Of a stretch of 64,000 nucleotides of DNA, positions 1-12,312 are shown one piece after another (the first letter of the stretch is position 1; every line of letters starts with the position of its first letter). The DNA comes from the human T2T-CHM13v2.0 reference genome, Homo sapiens. The translations under genes and the position numbers were made by a program. The notes under the pieces are model-generated. The model was not told the origin of the DNA, ran no database searches, and worked only from the letters and a program-made list of their open reading frames with translations. The stretch lies in the NCBI RefSeq assembly GCF_009914755.1, contig NC_060932.1, one strand, 5' to 3'.

Positions 1-66
1 CAACAACTACTACTACTACTACAAAACTACTACTACTACTACAACTACTACTACTACTACTACTAT
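1..66. repeat. (CTA/CAA)n trinucleotide microsatellite
   Basis: Direct reading: caacaactactactact... Confidence 0.95.
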
Positions 67-254
67 CAGCTTAATAATTGGGTTTTTACTATGTACCAGG
101 CACTGTATGCATTATCTTAACAAACTCTCACAACAACCTGTGGCAGTAGATATAATTACCTACATTTCCCAAATAAGGAAATTAAAGTTTTAGTTAGATT
201 CAATGTACAGCAAAGATTGAGAATCAATGACTAGATTAAGTCATTGATTACCTG

Positions 255-438
255 GTAACATTGGAATTACCTGGTAAACCTTTTAAAGTATTGGTACACA
301 GGTTCCAATCTCAGAGTTCTGATTTAAGTGCAATTCCCAACAATAATGCAATTAAATTAAAACATCTAGGGATGGGAACAGGATATCAGTATTTTTAAAA
401 ACTCATTGTTCTAAAGTACAGCCACCATTGAGAACCAC
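255..438. mobile_element. MER5A-type hAT-Charlie MITE between MIR fragments
   Basis: Contains cattggaattacctgg...tttaaa, ctgatttaa and the terminal ttgagaaccact. The flanks (about 70-200 and 445-530) are MIR-like. Confidence 0.6.
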
Positions 439-1293
439 TCACTGGCTTAGATAAAGTAACTAACTTCCTCCAGGTCACTTGGTCAGGAAGTGGTGGAGCA
501 GAGATTTAATCCCTGTTTCTCTGACTTCTTCCCAATCCTTCCTCCATATTTTGCATATTCTCTGAGGCAGACTCTCTGGTATTTGAGTGCCTTACCAACT
601 GCAATATTGCTAACTGTGACTTTGAGATAATACGGTTTTATTTCTAATAGTGTGATTTTAAATTTTGTGTTCTTCTTACATTCAGTTTAGTTTCCTTACA
701 TGCAAGAACCTGATGGTAATTATTGCTTTCTGTTCCTGTGTACTGTACAAGTACAAGTACAAGTGGGTTTACAAAGTAATATACAGAAAGAACAGTATAC
801 TCTTCCAATGGATATGAAAGGTCAAGGCCTGAAAACAATTTTGTAACTATCATAATAATTTTTAAAGGAGCAGAAATGGGCTACAAAGGCACTGTGTTGT
901 AACTTGATAAAATAAATAAGAGAGACTCCCAGGGTAAAATACATTGGATTTAAAGCCAAGTCTAAATCCTAAAAACCAAACAAACAAACAAACAAGAAAC
1001 ACAACAAAGGGTTTCTGTAATATCAAACTTGGGTTTGTTTTGAAAATAGATGATTTCAGAAATTTTTACTTACCACTTCAAGTTCCAAGAGATCATCATA
1101 CCTCCAAATGTAAAAAATGCTTTTCAGGATTATAGCCTCAACTGTGAGAGATTCATTTGTATCAGCATATAGACCCAGATGGCATTGAAATGGTGCATTA
1201 CAAAGTGGTAAATGATGCAAGCTCTGAAGTGAAGAAGAGTGGAATGTGAAACCCATCTTGTCACGTTTAGTTGTGTGTCACAGGGTGAGCACT

Positions 1294-1577
1294 CTAAATT
1301 CCTTGAGACTGTGGCAATTAATAATTGCCACAACAGATTAGTATAAAAATAAAAGATAATATAGACAAAAATATTAGTATAATATCTGATTTATAGTACT
1401 CAATATTTCATTGCTGGAGATTTGAGACTAAATTCCTTGAGACTTATATGTTTAAGTCTCATCTCAATAGAAAATGAAATTAATAATTGACACAACAGAG
1501 TACTGTGAAAATAAGAGATAATATAGACAGAAATATTAGTATAATATCTGATATATATAATTCAATATTTTGTTGCT
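1294..1577 (+). repeat. Tandemly duplicated MIR core fragment (two diverged ~100-nt copies)
   Basis: aattaataattg(c/a)cacaacaga...gataatatagaca.aaatattagtataatatctgat...caatattt occurs at about 1317-1413 and 1478-1577. ctaaattccttgagact occurs at 1294 and 1428. Confidence 0.8.
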
Positions 1578-1984
1578 ATTTTTAGTAATCAAATACGCAA
1601 CCTTCTAAAATTAAGACGGATTTAGATGCATGGAATGAATTTATGTAGCATAAGTCCATACAGGTATGTCTATTCATGTTACTTGCTACTACTAATGTAT
1701 TAATTGCTTGGAAAATAACCAGTAATTTGAGGAGTTTATAATTTAGCTGGAAAATTAAAAGACATAAAGAGAATTGAAAAAAAAACACACACACAAGATA
1801 TCACATTGATAGTATTTATCATAGATAAGCAATCACTAACACTGGAATGGATAATAAATGCCAGTGGAGTTTGGAAGAGGAAGTAATCACTTTTTGCTAG
1901 AATGGAAAAGAAAGGCTCATGGATGAGAGTTTGACTTAGAAGGCTATAAGGCTAAGTAATGTCTACACATTCCTCTTATTTGTC

Positions 1985-2800
1985 CCTTCATTTATTCAGT
2001 AACTTTTTATTGAATGCTTACTGCCTTTCACTCCCTCTTTTTGAGACAGTCTGGTGATATAACAGTCAACAAAACTCATGCCATGTCTGACCACGCAGAG
2101 TTTATATACTAATGAGAGATATCAGCAAACAAATGGTATATAAGCTATATATATATTATAAAAGCATAATTATTTTAAAAAATAATGTGTTGCAGAAATT
2201 TTTTAAAGGGCAAAACGAATAATTAGAATAGGTAGATATTTCAGCAATGACGGTAAGTGGAGCCTGAATAGATAAATTAATGAATTATAGGAACCTGATA
2301 TGTAAATATTTCTGGGAAAATTGTTCCAGAAAGAGGAAAGCCCAAAGCAAAATTCTGAGAAAAAATATAAGCTGATTTATTCTAGGAAAAACAAGAAAAA
2401 TGATCACATGTGCAGAATATTCTGAGTAAGGCTGAAAAATAATTTTAAAATACACATAAAGGAAAGAAAATGAATAGGTGGATGTAAGATGGCTGCCAAA
2501 GTGGACTTGGTTATACCTGGCAATTGAATGGGATTGGTGCTGAGCGAGGGGAATCAAAGACAAATCCAAGAGACTGAACAGAAAAGATTTTTCCCGAAAT
2601 ATTTCAAGAAAAGGAGCAACTTTGAGGAAAAATAAAGTGTTAATGTTAAACAACTTAAATTGAAGATGATGGTGAGACATCCTAGAGACAACAAGCAGCT
2701 GGAGATACTAATACTTAGAAGAGCGGTCAAGGTTAGATGGGTTTTAGGAGTCAATAGTTTGCAAGTGATAAAGTCCTGAAAAAGGAGATAATGCAAAACA
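1985..2800 (-). mobile_element. Old LINE-2 fragment
   Basis: Starts with ttcatttattcagtaactttttattgaatgcttact (L2 3' end, antisense) followed by a purine-rich L2-like body. Confidence 0.55.
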
Positions 2801-2927
2801 GATGCTAAGAGAGTAAGAAAAAGCAGAAGAAGAAAAAGTAGGTTTTGTTTGTTTGTTTGTTTTTTCCAAATCTAGTCTTTTTATTGTTTCCTTTCTCAAT
2901 AATGAAATCATCTTTCAGTGAGTTATC

Positions 2928-3403
2928 TGTACTGGTTTTAAACATGTCCACATATTCTTTGACACTCCTTCCATTGATTTCAGGCTAACTTTATCAATTT
3001 GTTCCCAGTGAATGTGATGTGGTGAAGTGATGCTGAATAATTTCCAAGGTGAAGTCATAAAAGGCTCCAGAGCTTTTACTTGGAGTTTGCCTTTGAATCT
3101 AGCCACTGTCTTATAAAGAAGTCTAACACCTACATAGAAAGTCCACATGTGGGTGTTCTGGCCACAACTCTAACATATCCCAGCATCAGCCAGCATCAAC
3201 TCCAGGCCTGAGAATAAGAGAAACTTGAGACGATTCCAGCTCCCAGCTTTGGAGCTGCCCGATAGATATGAAGTGATAAAAAGATGAGCAATTTCTGCCC
3301 AGCCTTGACCAAATCACAGATATCTGAGAAAAATAAATATTGTTGATGCTTAGACTACCAAGTTTTGAGATGATTTGTTACATAGCCATAGATAATTGGA
3401 ACA
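2928..3403 (+). mobile_element. MaLR solo LTR, MLT1G-like
   Basis: TG..ggttttaaacatgtccacatattctttgacactcc start, aaataaa signal, and tttgttacatagccatagataattggaaCA end. Confidence 0.75.
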
Positions 3404-3459
3404 TGGTGTAAGCAAGAAATTCAGAAGTAATTTATGATACCAAATTTTCTTTTACCCAG

Positions 3460-4292
3460 TACCACCTTATTTAATCCATCACCAAATCTTATAGATTCTT
3501 TTCCTACTATAGAGTCTCTGAAATTCATTTAGTTTTCTCCATTTCCACCACCACTACAACAATACAAGTTATCACAATTTCTTGTCTGGACAATGTTTGG
3601 TTTCATTCTTTATATTCCATCCATGTATTTTGTTTCCATTTATATTTATTCCATTACACTTTCCACTTATATTTGGTTCCATTCCTCATACTACATCCAG
3701 TTATATTTTGAAAATGCAAATCTGAATATATATATCCATAGCCTCTATAAAAAACAATGACTTCTCATTGCTCTTAGAATAAAAACAAGCTTCCATACCT
3801 TGGCCTATAAAAACCTGCCTCATCTGTCTCTTCTTGCCTCTACAGGCTATTCCAAAGAAATTATTTAATCTTTACCCTCTACCTCCTCTGGCTTTCTAAT
3901 TTCTTCACCCCTGTTCCTCCAGCTGCAGATTTTGCACATACTACTTTCTCTGTCTGAAAGTTTTTCTCTCCTTTCTTTGCATACCTTTTAGTCATCTTTG
4001 AACTGTCACTTTAGTCATTGTTTGATCAGATAAATCTTCCCATTTCAAACAAATCCCCCATGTAATATTTTTATAGAGCCAAACGCTGCTGCTCCTTAGG
4101 ACTTCATTATTTTTATAAAACTGCACTTACGTATGCATGCATGTGTGTGCTTGTCTTTTCACCCTTCTCATTCAGTAGGTTCAATGAGAACAGAGACCAT
4201 GTCCATTATTTGTCAATGTTTTATTCCCAGAACATACTCTAGTGCCAGACACAGAATGCACTCAATATATATTTGTGGAATAAATTAATTAA
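3460..4292 (+). mobile_element. Old LINE-2 3' fragment
   Basis: Ends gtgccagacacagaatgcactcaatatatatttgtggaataaatt (L2 tail). Confidence 0.6.
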
Positions 4293-4586
4293 GAACATAT
4301 AAAGACATTTTATTCATCATTATAGGAGGAAATCATTACTCTAAGAGTGAAGGAAGTGAAGGGAGAAGGGAAATAGTCTAGATATCTACCTGTATGATTC
4401 TATTTGTTCCTGCCCTATTGATTACATTCCCTTACTGATTAATCTTGAGCCTCAGCTGATAAAGAACTCAGAAAACTGGGCAATATAGTAAATAATCTCC
4501 CAGATTAATTTTAACCTAAGTATCAACAGGTTAAAATGTTACTCTTTAGGAAAAGTGGTATTTCTATCGAGAACTCCCTAAAATAC

Positions 4587-4590
<4 letters not shown>

Positions 4591-4655
<65 letters not shown>
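4591..4655. repeat. Compound microsatellite (TC)15(TG)17
   Basis: Direct reading. Confidence 0.97.
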
Positions 4656-4657
<2 letters not shown>

Positions 4658-6427
4658 GGGAAGTCGTGGTAAGAAGAGATAAAAGAGTGAAAAAAATAGG
4701 CATAAAGCGGGAGGAAAAAGTGAAAGACAAAATACTCTCTAACTTTAAATACAATATAAAAGGACTACTAAGTAAATGCAGTAGGAAATATTATTTTTGT
4801 TATAATCTAACCTTCAGGTTTTATTATTATTGTTGTTATTAGAAGGCTAACAGACTGGTCTCCTTTTTAATGATTTATTCACAAATAACAAAATGGAGGT
4901 TTCAAGTTAAAAGAAAAGTATGTCCCGCTGTCTTTATATTTGCCAACCAGATTATTTGTTATACGTATAGAAATACTTCCATAAGTATAAATTATTATTT
5001 CCTTACTGCTGTGCCCAAATGACATTACACTAATATTTTAAGCAAGCTTCCAATGTTAAATAGCTTCATAAATTTACAATGTCTAATAAAAACCAACAGG
5101 AGAAAAGTATTAAGGATACTAGTCACATCCTTTCTAGTGCTTGAAGATAGTGATATTGGTGGACTGATTTCAAAGAATGTCCTTCTTATGCCTGAATAAT
5201 TCAGTTTCTCTACCAGTAATATAATTATGCTTAGCTTGCTGATTAGATTGTATTTCTGTTGCTTTTGCATTCATAAAATTTATCACATAATATGCATTAT
5301 GGTTTTCATTTGTATTCACGGTTCTCAAGCCCAATTTTTATGTTACTTGGGCATAAAAGACTTTTGTTAGATATTAGTACTCTAGTAAATTATTTTGCTT
5401 TTTAGTAAATGGACGCTATATTTAACTTCATTTACTTCTTATTTTGTATAATTTGAATGATAGAGTTTAAAAGTAATGCAATAACAATAAAATGTATAAA
5501 CTTAATAGTAGTGCTTATTTTCACATAGTAAACAAATTTGACATTGGGTTTCAATATTAAAATAAAATAAAATTCAAAACATAACAAATATATATATGCA
5601 TGTATATACATATATGTTTGTGCATGCACACCAACATGTATTTTCATACAAAATTACAGAAAAATTTTATTTTTAAAATCACAGTATGTTTTATCTTTTT
5701 ATCACACATAAAATTATAAGATGATCATTATAAGAAGATATGCTGCATTTTTTTCTTTGTCACAAATCCCCAAATCTTTGTTGGACAACACCAAGGGAAA
5801 CTGCAGAAGACATAAAATTGAAACTTTGGTTTTACTAATTTATACTGCTCTTATTGTGTAACCTGCAAAGTTTACATTACTAACTCTTCAAATAATTCAT
5901 CTTGGTAAAGTGAATAGAACTTGCTCTTGAAAATGAGTGACACAAATGCATAAGATCAATGAGCTTAATTTCAATTTCTTATACAAATAAGCCACAACTC
6001 GGACATGTACACCATGAAATGTTTAAAATATTATAGAATTGCCAAAGTTTTAAATCCTTAATTTTAATGCATTGTGTGCCTTAAGTCTATTCCTACTTCA
6101 GTACTTTCATATAACCTCTAATAACCTGAACACTAATCTTACAATTGTCCCAGACTATGCAGAAACTAATAGAATTTTTGATTCTTCATTTACTAGTTAG
6201 TGGGGCAGAAAAAAGGCATTCATGGCTCTACCCTTATAGAAATCTAAGTATCCAGAACTAAACTGTGAAATTATCATATTGGTCTATATCTTTTGAAAAA
6301 ATAATAATCAGATTGGCCTAAAATATGTGCATATAGGCACATTTTCACATTGATATTTTCAAAAGTTATTTTCATTCTAAGCATTTTAGTTTTTAATATT
6401 CTAAAGCATTCACTAAAGACTTCTTAC

Positions 6428-6518
6428 TATATATTTTCTATATATATATATATAGAAATATACTATATATATTTTGGGTTAGGTATCTATACCAACCTAA
6501 CCCAAAATTTTGCTTGTC

Positions 6519-6565
<47 letters not shown>

Positions 6566-6584
6566 CATATATGTGTACGCAAAT

Positions 6585-6616
<32 letters not shown>

Positions 6617-6800
6617 GTATATAGCCATCATAACAGGTATGCTACAGGTATGCTCATTCTCCTTCAGGTAGGGACATTTCTCAACAATCTGGCAGTCAAT
6701 CTCAAGTGCACAATGTACGAACAACCAGTGTCATATATATATATATGTATATATATGGAGAGAGAGAGAGAGAGTCAGAGAGAGAGAGACTTATATATAT
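6428..6800. repeat. Complex (TA)n/(CA)n/(GA)n microsatellite cluster with embedded non-repeat segments
   Basis: Direct reading; see findings for the embedded segments. Confidence 0.9.
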
Positions 6801-7135
6801 CTTCTGATTAGTTTTGTCGCTTAACAGGATTATTGTATGACATTATTTTTATTTGTTAGAATAAAGTACCTTCAATTTGGAAAGTTGTAATGTTTACTAA
6901 AGTAAAGTATACTGATTTCTTATTTGTAATTCCTTTTCTCTCTATTTTCTCTGACTTGCTACAAGTGGACACATTTTTTCCAATCATTCTATTAGTAACA
7001 CTTTCTCTGTGCTCATGGGCAGGAAATAGGTAAATTGCCTTCTAGAGCCATCAGGGCAGTCCTGACCCATGGAATCATAGCAGGCTGCTGAGGAGGAATT
7101 TAGTGCCCTTGGGATTCAGTAGGCTATTTGCAAGC

Positions 7136-7607
7136 TCTTGGGAGACAATTCTCCATTGGTCTCTTGTGTGTATATATTTCCACATGCAAAGCCATTTGTT
7201 CTGGACTAGTTTTTCAAGAATGTTTGTATAGAAAACATCCTTAGTAGAGAAAATGACAGAGGCATTTAAATTTTGGAAGATGAGATGTGTCTCTCTCTAG
7301 AGTCTGGAGCAATAGGACAGGCATAATATAGTGCCTGCCCTTTATAAAATATTTGAGTCCTCTAAGCTCAGTCCTCTCTTGTAATTCATAGTATGTGCAA
7401 CTGATACCTTGTTCTCTTCATGTGATACTGTGGAAGTTGGGGGTCAAGGAAGTGGCACTGAGGCTAATACTGTGGCTATCTTTAGTGCTGGGAGTAAACT
7501 GTGACCCAGGCACCTTTTGACTACCACTGGCATCCATAAAACTGTGGCAGTCTAAATTGTTAACTTGCAAGTATGGTAAAATATCAGACACTTTATAGTC
7601 CATAACA
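7136..7607 (+). mobile_element. 5' LTR of class III provirus (LTR40-like)
   Basis: Starts t(c)ttgggagacaattctccat and ends ggtaaaatatcagacactttatagtccataaCA. Similar to 12313-13177. Followed by a degenerate PBS (..gaagatgggat, tRNA-Leu-like). Confidence 0.85.
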
Positions 7608-8689
7608 AATTTGTTTATGAAGATGGGATGCTGACAGAGAAAAAGCTCTTTAAAAGAAGAAGAATGAGGGTCTCACAGGCCAACTAATGGGATTTTAGAA
7701 ATGTCTCTGGAAATCAGTGGCAACTACATGGACCAAATTTAATGGTCAACCAGGCAATAAATGGTCCTCCACTTTATTGCTGTTAATGAGGAGATATTAG
7801 GTAGAGGCTTCTGGCTGAGTATTATAAGGTAGAATCAGAGATAGCCATCCTAACAGGTACATTAATTCTCCTTAAGATAGGGATACTTCTCAACAGTCTG
7901 GCAGTCAGTCTCAGGTGCACACTGTAGTAATAACCAGTATTAACATTTTTACTGGAGAGAGGTGGCAGAAGTTTCTACTTGGTTTCAGACAAGTTATGGT
8001 GAAGGTTATGTATACTAAGAATATAAGAAATATATTTCATAAAGAAAAATAATGGCCACTATGGTAAGAAGCCAGGCAAATTGTGAGAATTTTGACTTTT
8101 GCTTCAGATATGAGGGGCAGTGAGATTAATACTTGATAAGGAAACATGACAATTGCAGGACCATCTTATGACTCAAACTCTTTTGCAGTGTGTTATGGCA
8201 ATCATAGGTCCATTTAAATACAACATTAAAAGATCTTACAATTTTGTCAGTGGGTCCAGGCTGCTACAGTGGTGCTTTGGCCCTTTTTGGAAGATTTCAC
8301 TGAACAATCTCCCATGAGAAACTAGAAATGAAACATTTTCTAATAGTTAGGCTTTTACTACCCCAGACTGAGTTTACAATTCTGACAAAGTTGACCTACT
8401 ACTGGAGGATGAGAAACTGACTGAAGTACCTAGAAAAATTCTTGAAATCCGCCATTGTACTGCTCAAAACTGAAAGTAAATACACATGGCTCTGTCCCTC
8501 CATAAACGGAGAATAAAACCATTCTCTCCTTCCATATTTCCTGATTCCTTCCTTCTCCCACTTAAATGATCTCATCTACTTTAAAGACAAGGATGATCAG
8601 GGATGGGACTGAAGTCTTTCTGATCCCCAGTGGAGACCAAAGACCATTCTCAGCTGTCTTTGCTGGAAATATCCTGGGAAATTTAGTAG

Positions 8690-8787
8690 ACAGGATAGTT
8701 CAAACTTTTATGACTCTATTAGATACAGGCACCTCAGTTACCATTCTACCCAATCTTGTGGGACACTGGATTCTCAAATCAAATTGA
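8690..8787 (+). pseudogene. Retroviral aspartic protease remnant (FMTLLDTGTSVTILP)
   Basis: DTG catalytic motif at 8722-8730 within ORF 8566..8787. Confidence 0.85.
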
Positions 8788-10507
8788 TGGGGTTCGGGTA
8801 AAGTTCAAAATGGGGAAGAGGAGTTAATGAGGCCTTGTAGGAAGAGCCTTTCAGCAAATTCCATGTAACATTGTTGAAGATTCTACTTTTCAATAATAAT
8901 TAGTAGTCATATATTACATGCTTGTATTGTGAATGCCCATATAATGTCAAAGAAATTCTCCCAAGTGAGAAGATCATCCAGTAGAAAAGTACTATTACCT
9001 TTTCAACCCCATGACCTTGATGACTTTTTTGAGCTATAAGTGTCTGTGACTAATGGTTTTACCCACTGGGCTTCTGGCAAAAGGAGACAGCCTTTATCTA
9101 GGTGTCCCAAACTTGTCAGTGGCAAGACTACCAAGCACACTGTTTTTCAAAAGCAGCTATGTTTAACACAGCTCTTGTTAAATCCCAGTGTCTGACCCAT
9201 AGTTATTGTGACTCCCTAGCTTGATATGATCAAAGGGTAGGTCAACTTGGATTTATTGATTAATAAGGGGAGGAGGGTTCAAGGCCGTGCTTGTCAAATG
9301 GAAATGGCATTTTCAAAATGCATCCAGCCCAGTCCCAAGGGCATCTCAGCTTTACGTTTTAAAAAATGGCAGCTTTTCCTTTGAGGAGAAAATTTATCTT
9401 CTACTCTGCTATCTGGTGCAGTGGCCCCTCAGTTCATAGAGATACTTCTAAATATATGAACCTGGTTTGATGAAGGTACCCAATGGTCTGCTGTGGCTGT
9501 TCAAGCTCAGCGTTAGTCATGTTAAAACTAACATGAACCTGGTCACTATACGCACTGGGCAGAATTCATTCTTATATCTCTGGTCAATACCCCTCTTGAT
9601 GAGCCTTATGGATTTACTGACTCTTGGATTGTTGTCAATAATCTAGCAGTTTAGTCTGCCACGTGAAAACTACGGATTTAATACAGTCCAAAAGTGATTG
9701 ACCTATTGTCACAAAAAGCATTCAAAAATGGGTTGATAGTCAAAGCATTCTATGAACCTCTATGTTCTCTACCATGCATAAGCATTGAGAGTTGTTGAGA
9801 GTTGGAATGAACTCAAGAATTTCTAAATCTACTTCACCCACTTCTTCTGACCCACAAAGCTTTGTAAGGTAGTTTGGTCATTGAATGAGACTATCTCCAG
9901 AAGGGAATCATTGCTTCTCAGCTACTTTCCAGGTAATGATGAAATGGTTGAGGCATATATCAGCCTATTTTGCAAATTTAAGATGTCTTTGACCGTTTCT
10001 GAGCATTATGTGTCTTTCTTTCCCTAACGGCAACCACAGTCATTCTTGATACAACATCTGGGTGGCAGTCTTGGCAAAAAAAAAAAAAAAAAAAAAAAAG
10101 AAAAGAAAACATGGCCTAGGAGATTCAAATTTAATTCTTCTTTAGTGATCTAATATTTTTGTTATTGTTGTTGGACTCAAATATTGCTAGATTCTAAAGA
10201 TAATTATCATTTGGTTGAGATTCCTGAGACCCTTTATAGCAGCTAACATGGGCTAAAGTAAAGGACATAATAAGTCATTGTAAGTTTTACAAAAATTCCC
10301 TTGTTCCCTAAAACATTTGAATAAAATGTTCCGAAAAGAGTATAAGATGACTGGAGACAAGGTGGAGTTATTATTATTAGAATGGGACACACTAATTTCA
10401 TGGTGGCGAAGGGGGATCAACAACCCTGGCATGAGGGGATAGAGGTTACCATAAGACCTCAGGGAGTATGGGGAAGGGAGAAATGTTAATAATTTTTGTT
10501 TTTTCAG

Positions 10508-11990
10508 AATTACCCCTGGAGCCTTTTTTTTAAGAAGAAAAAACTCTGGTGTGGGATTCCTAAACTTTTACAAACACTGTAAATTTAACTTATTGATAGG
10601 TCTCTCATCACCTGCTGGATGTCTCTGACTGATTTGAACACAATCGTCCTTATTCTTACTAATAAGCTTACGGGAAACAGTAGGAAATGACTCAAACTTC
10701 TACATTTCCAAAGTAAAACACTTGTTCACACCTCTAGATATTTTTTCTACCTTTATTCCGAAAGCTGTCACTCTGTCATTCCACGAGGTAAACAAATGCC
10801 AACTTTCTAGTTGGATGTACAAATAAGACAGAGTCCCTTCCCAAACAAAGACCAGATTCAATCATTAAAACTGAATTGGGAAACTCACAGTTTTCTAGCC
10901 ATTTGGGAGGCACTTTGAAGGCACTGTAAACTTGAGTGCCCTGGCTGATGTAGGTCCTTCTTAAGAATAGGGGTCCATAATTTTAAACATTTAAACAATG
11001 CTTTTTCCCCCCCAGAGACATGATGTTTAGCTGGGAACTGTCCTTATGTGGAAAATAGATATTAACTAGGCTGTCTTCCCAAAATATGGTGACATTCACC
11101 TTAGATGTATCAATAAAAGACATTCAAGATCTATTGTACAGCGCGGTGACTATGGTTAATGATGATATATTGTATTCTTGGAAAATACTAAGACAGTGAA
11201 TGTTAAAAGTTCTTATCACAAAATAATGTTAGATAATACATTTTATAAATAGCTAGATTTAACCATTCCACAGTGTATACTTACTTTAAAACATCATCTT
11301 GTACATGACAAATACATACAATTTTGTCTGTTGATTTAAAATAAATAAATACATTTGAAAAAAGGTTTAAGATAACAATACCTATAGGTCATAAAGCCTT
11401 TAGATGACTAAGGAGATCTTGCCAATATGAGGCTACCATGCTTACTTAGGAGAGCTACTGGGAGGGAAGCTGATTCATTATTTATGAGGACCCTGAAGGT
11501 GGTTATCCTATGATAATAAGAGCAATTGGATTAGAAAAGATGTTATAAAGTTAGTCTCTGATTTATTAGCTGAAGTGATCAATGATGCCACCTCGGTTCT
11601 GGAAGGCACTGATGCCACCTCAGTTCTGACCTTAAGGTCAGCCTCAACTTACTGGCCAGGGTTGTTTTAGATGATAGAATTGCCCTAGATTTTCATCTTG
11701 TGAGCCAAGGCAATAGTTAATGCATCCTAAAGTATCTACATTAAAGATTTGGGACAAGTGCAAAGAACAATATAAAAACCAAAGGAAAAAGCCACCTGCC
11801 TCTCTAAAGTAGACACTGATGTTGATGTAATTTGTTCTGCAAGTTGAGTCTGGATGCCTGGTGATTGGCCTCATTCTGCAGTTAGGATTCCTGTTGATAA
11901 TGATCTTAATTAAATGTTGTATGATAAAAATGGAATGGATTTGGTTCCAGCCTATGACATTCAGATTAATCAAAGTATCTGATTAATGGG
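10508..11990 (+). pseudogene. Degenerate retroviral env (SU + TM), interrupted by L1
   Basis: Splice-acceptor-like tttttgttttttcag ending near 10507; decayed NLT-CWVCH at 10582-10608; basic furin-like site near 11400-11416; SLNLLARVVLDDRIALDFHLVSQG (immunosuppressive domain) at 11640-11711. Confidence 0.8.
11110..11363 (+). mobile_element. L1MA-type 3' end inserted in env
   Basis: agatctattgtacagc..ggtgactat..tagctagatttaaccattccaca..aaacatca..A-rich tail. Confidence 0.8.
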
Positions 11991-12230
11991 AATTCTCATA
12001 AGAAAATACATCAGAAAGTTTAGATTGATGAGAAATAGCAAAATAAAGATATATGGTAGACAGTGCCCTTAGCTTATGATGTTTTGGGAAAGGCTACAGT
12101 GTGAATAACATTTTAGTTTCAATTACCTCTATCATAGTTCTTAACATAGTCGGCCTTATGTTCATTTTGTTTAATTGGTCACAAATCAATTTATTAGACA
12201 AACAGATTTTTATTAAACATATACTATGTG

Positions 12231-12268
<38 letters not shown>

Positions 12269-12312
12269 TATATATCAAAAGTCAATATGTTATGGATGTT
12301 AGGGGTGGGTAT

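Larger units (their letters stand above)
7608..12312 (+). mobile_element. Internal region of decayed ERV (HERVL40-like): gag/pro/pol remnants, env remnant, PPT
   Basis: Lies between two homologous LTRs. Contains protease LLDTG, RNase H-like FTDSW near 9613, env motifs, and the PPT aggggtgggtat at 12301-12312. Confidence 0.8.

Noticed and set aside
2285-2796. 131-aa and 80-aa hydrophobic ORFs
   Set aside because: Lie in a degenerate L2; F/L/I richness reflects T-rich composition.
6350-6811. 153-aa ORF and overlapping ORFs
   Set aside because: Open only because of (TA)/(CA)/(GA) microsatellites (YIYI, HTHT, ERER); non-ATG start; no domain.
10076-10109. Poly-A run inside the provirus as a retrocopy tail
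   Set aside because: No upstream Alu/L1/mRNA body and no TSD; more likely an expanded A tract.
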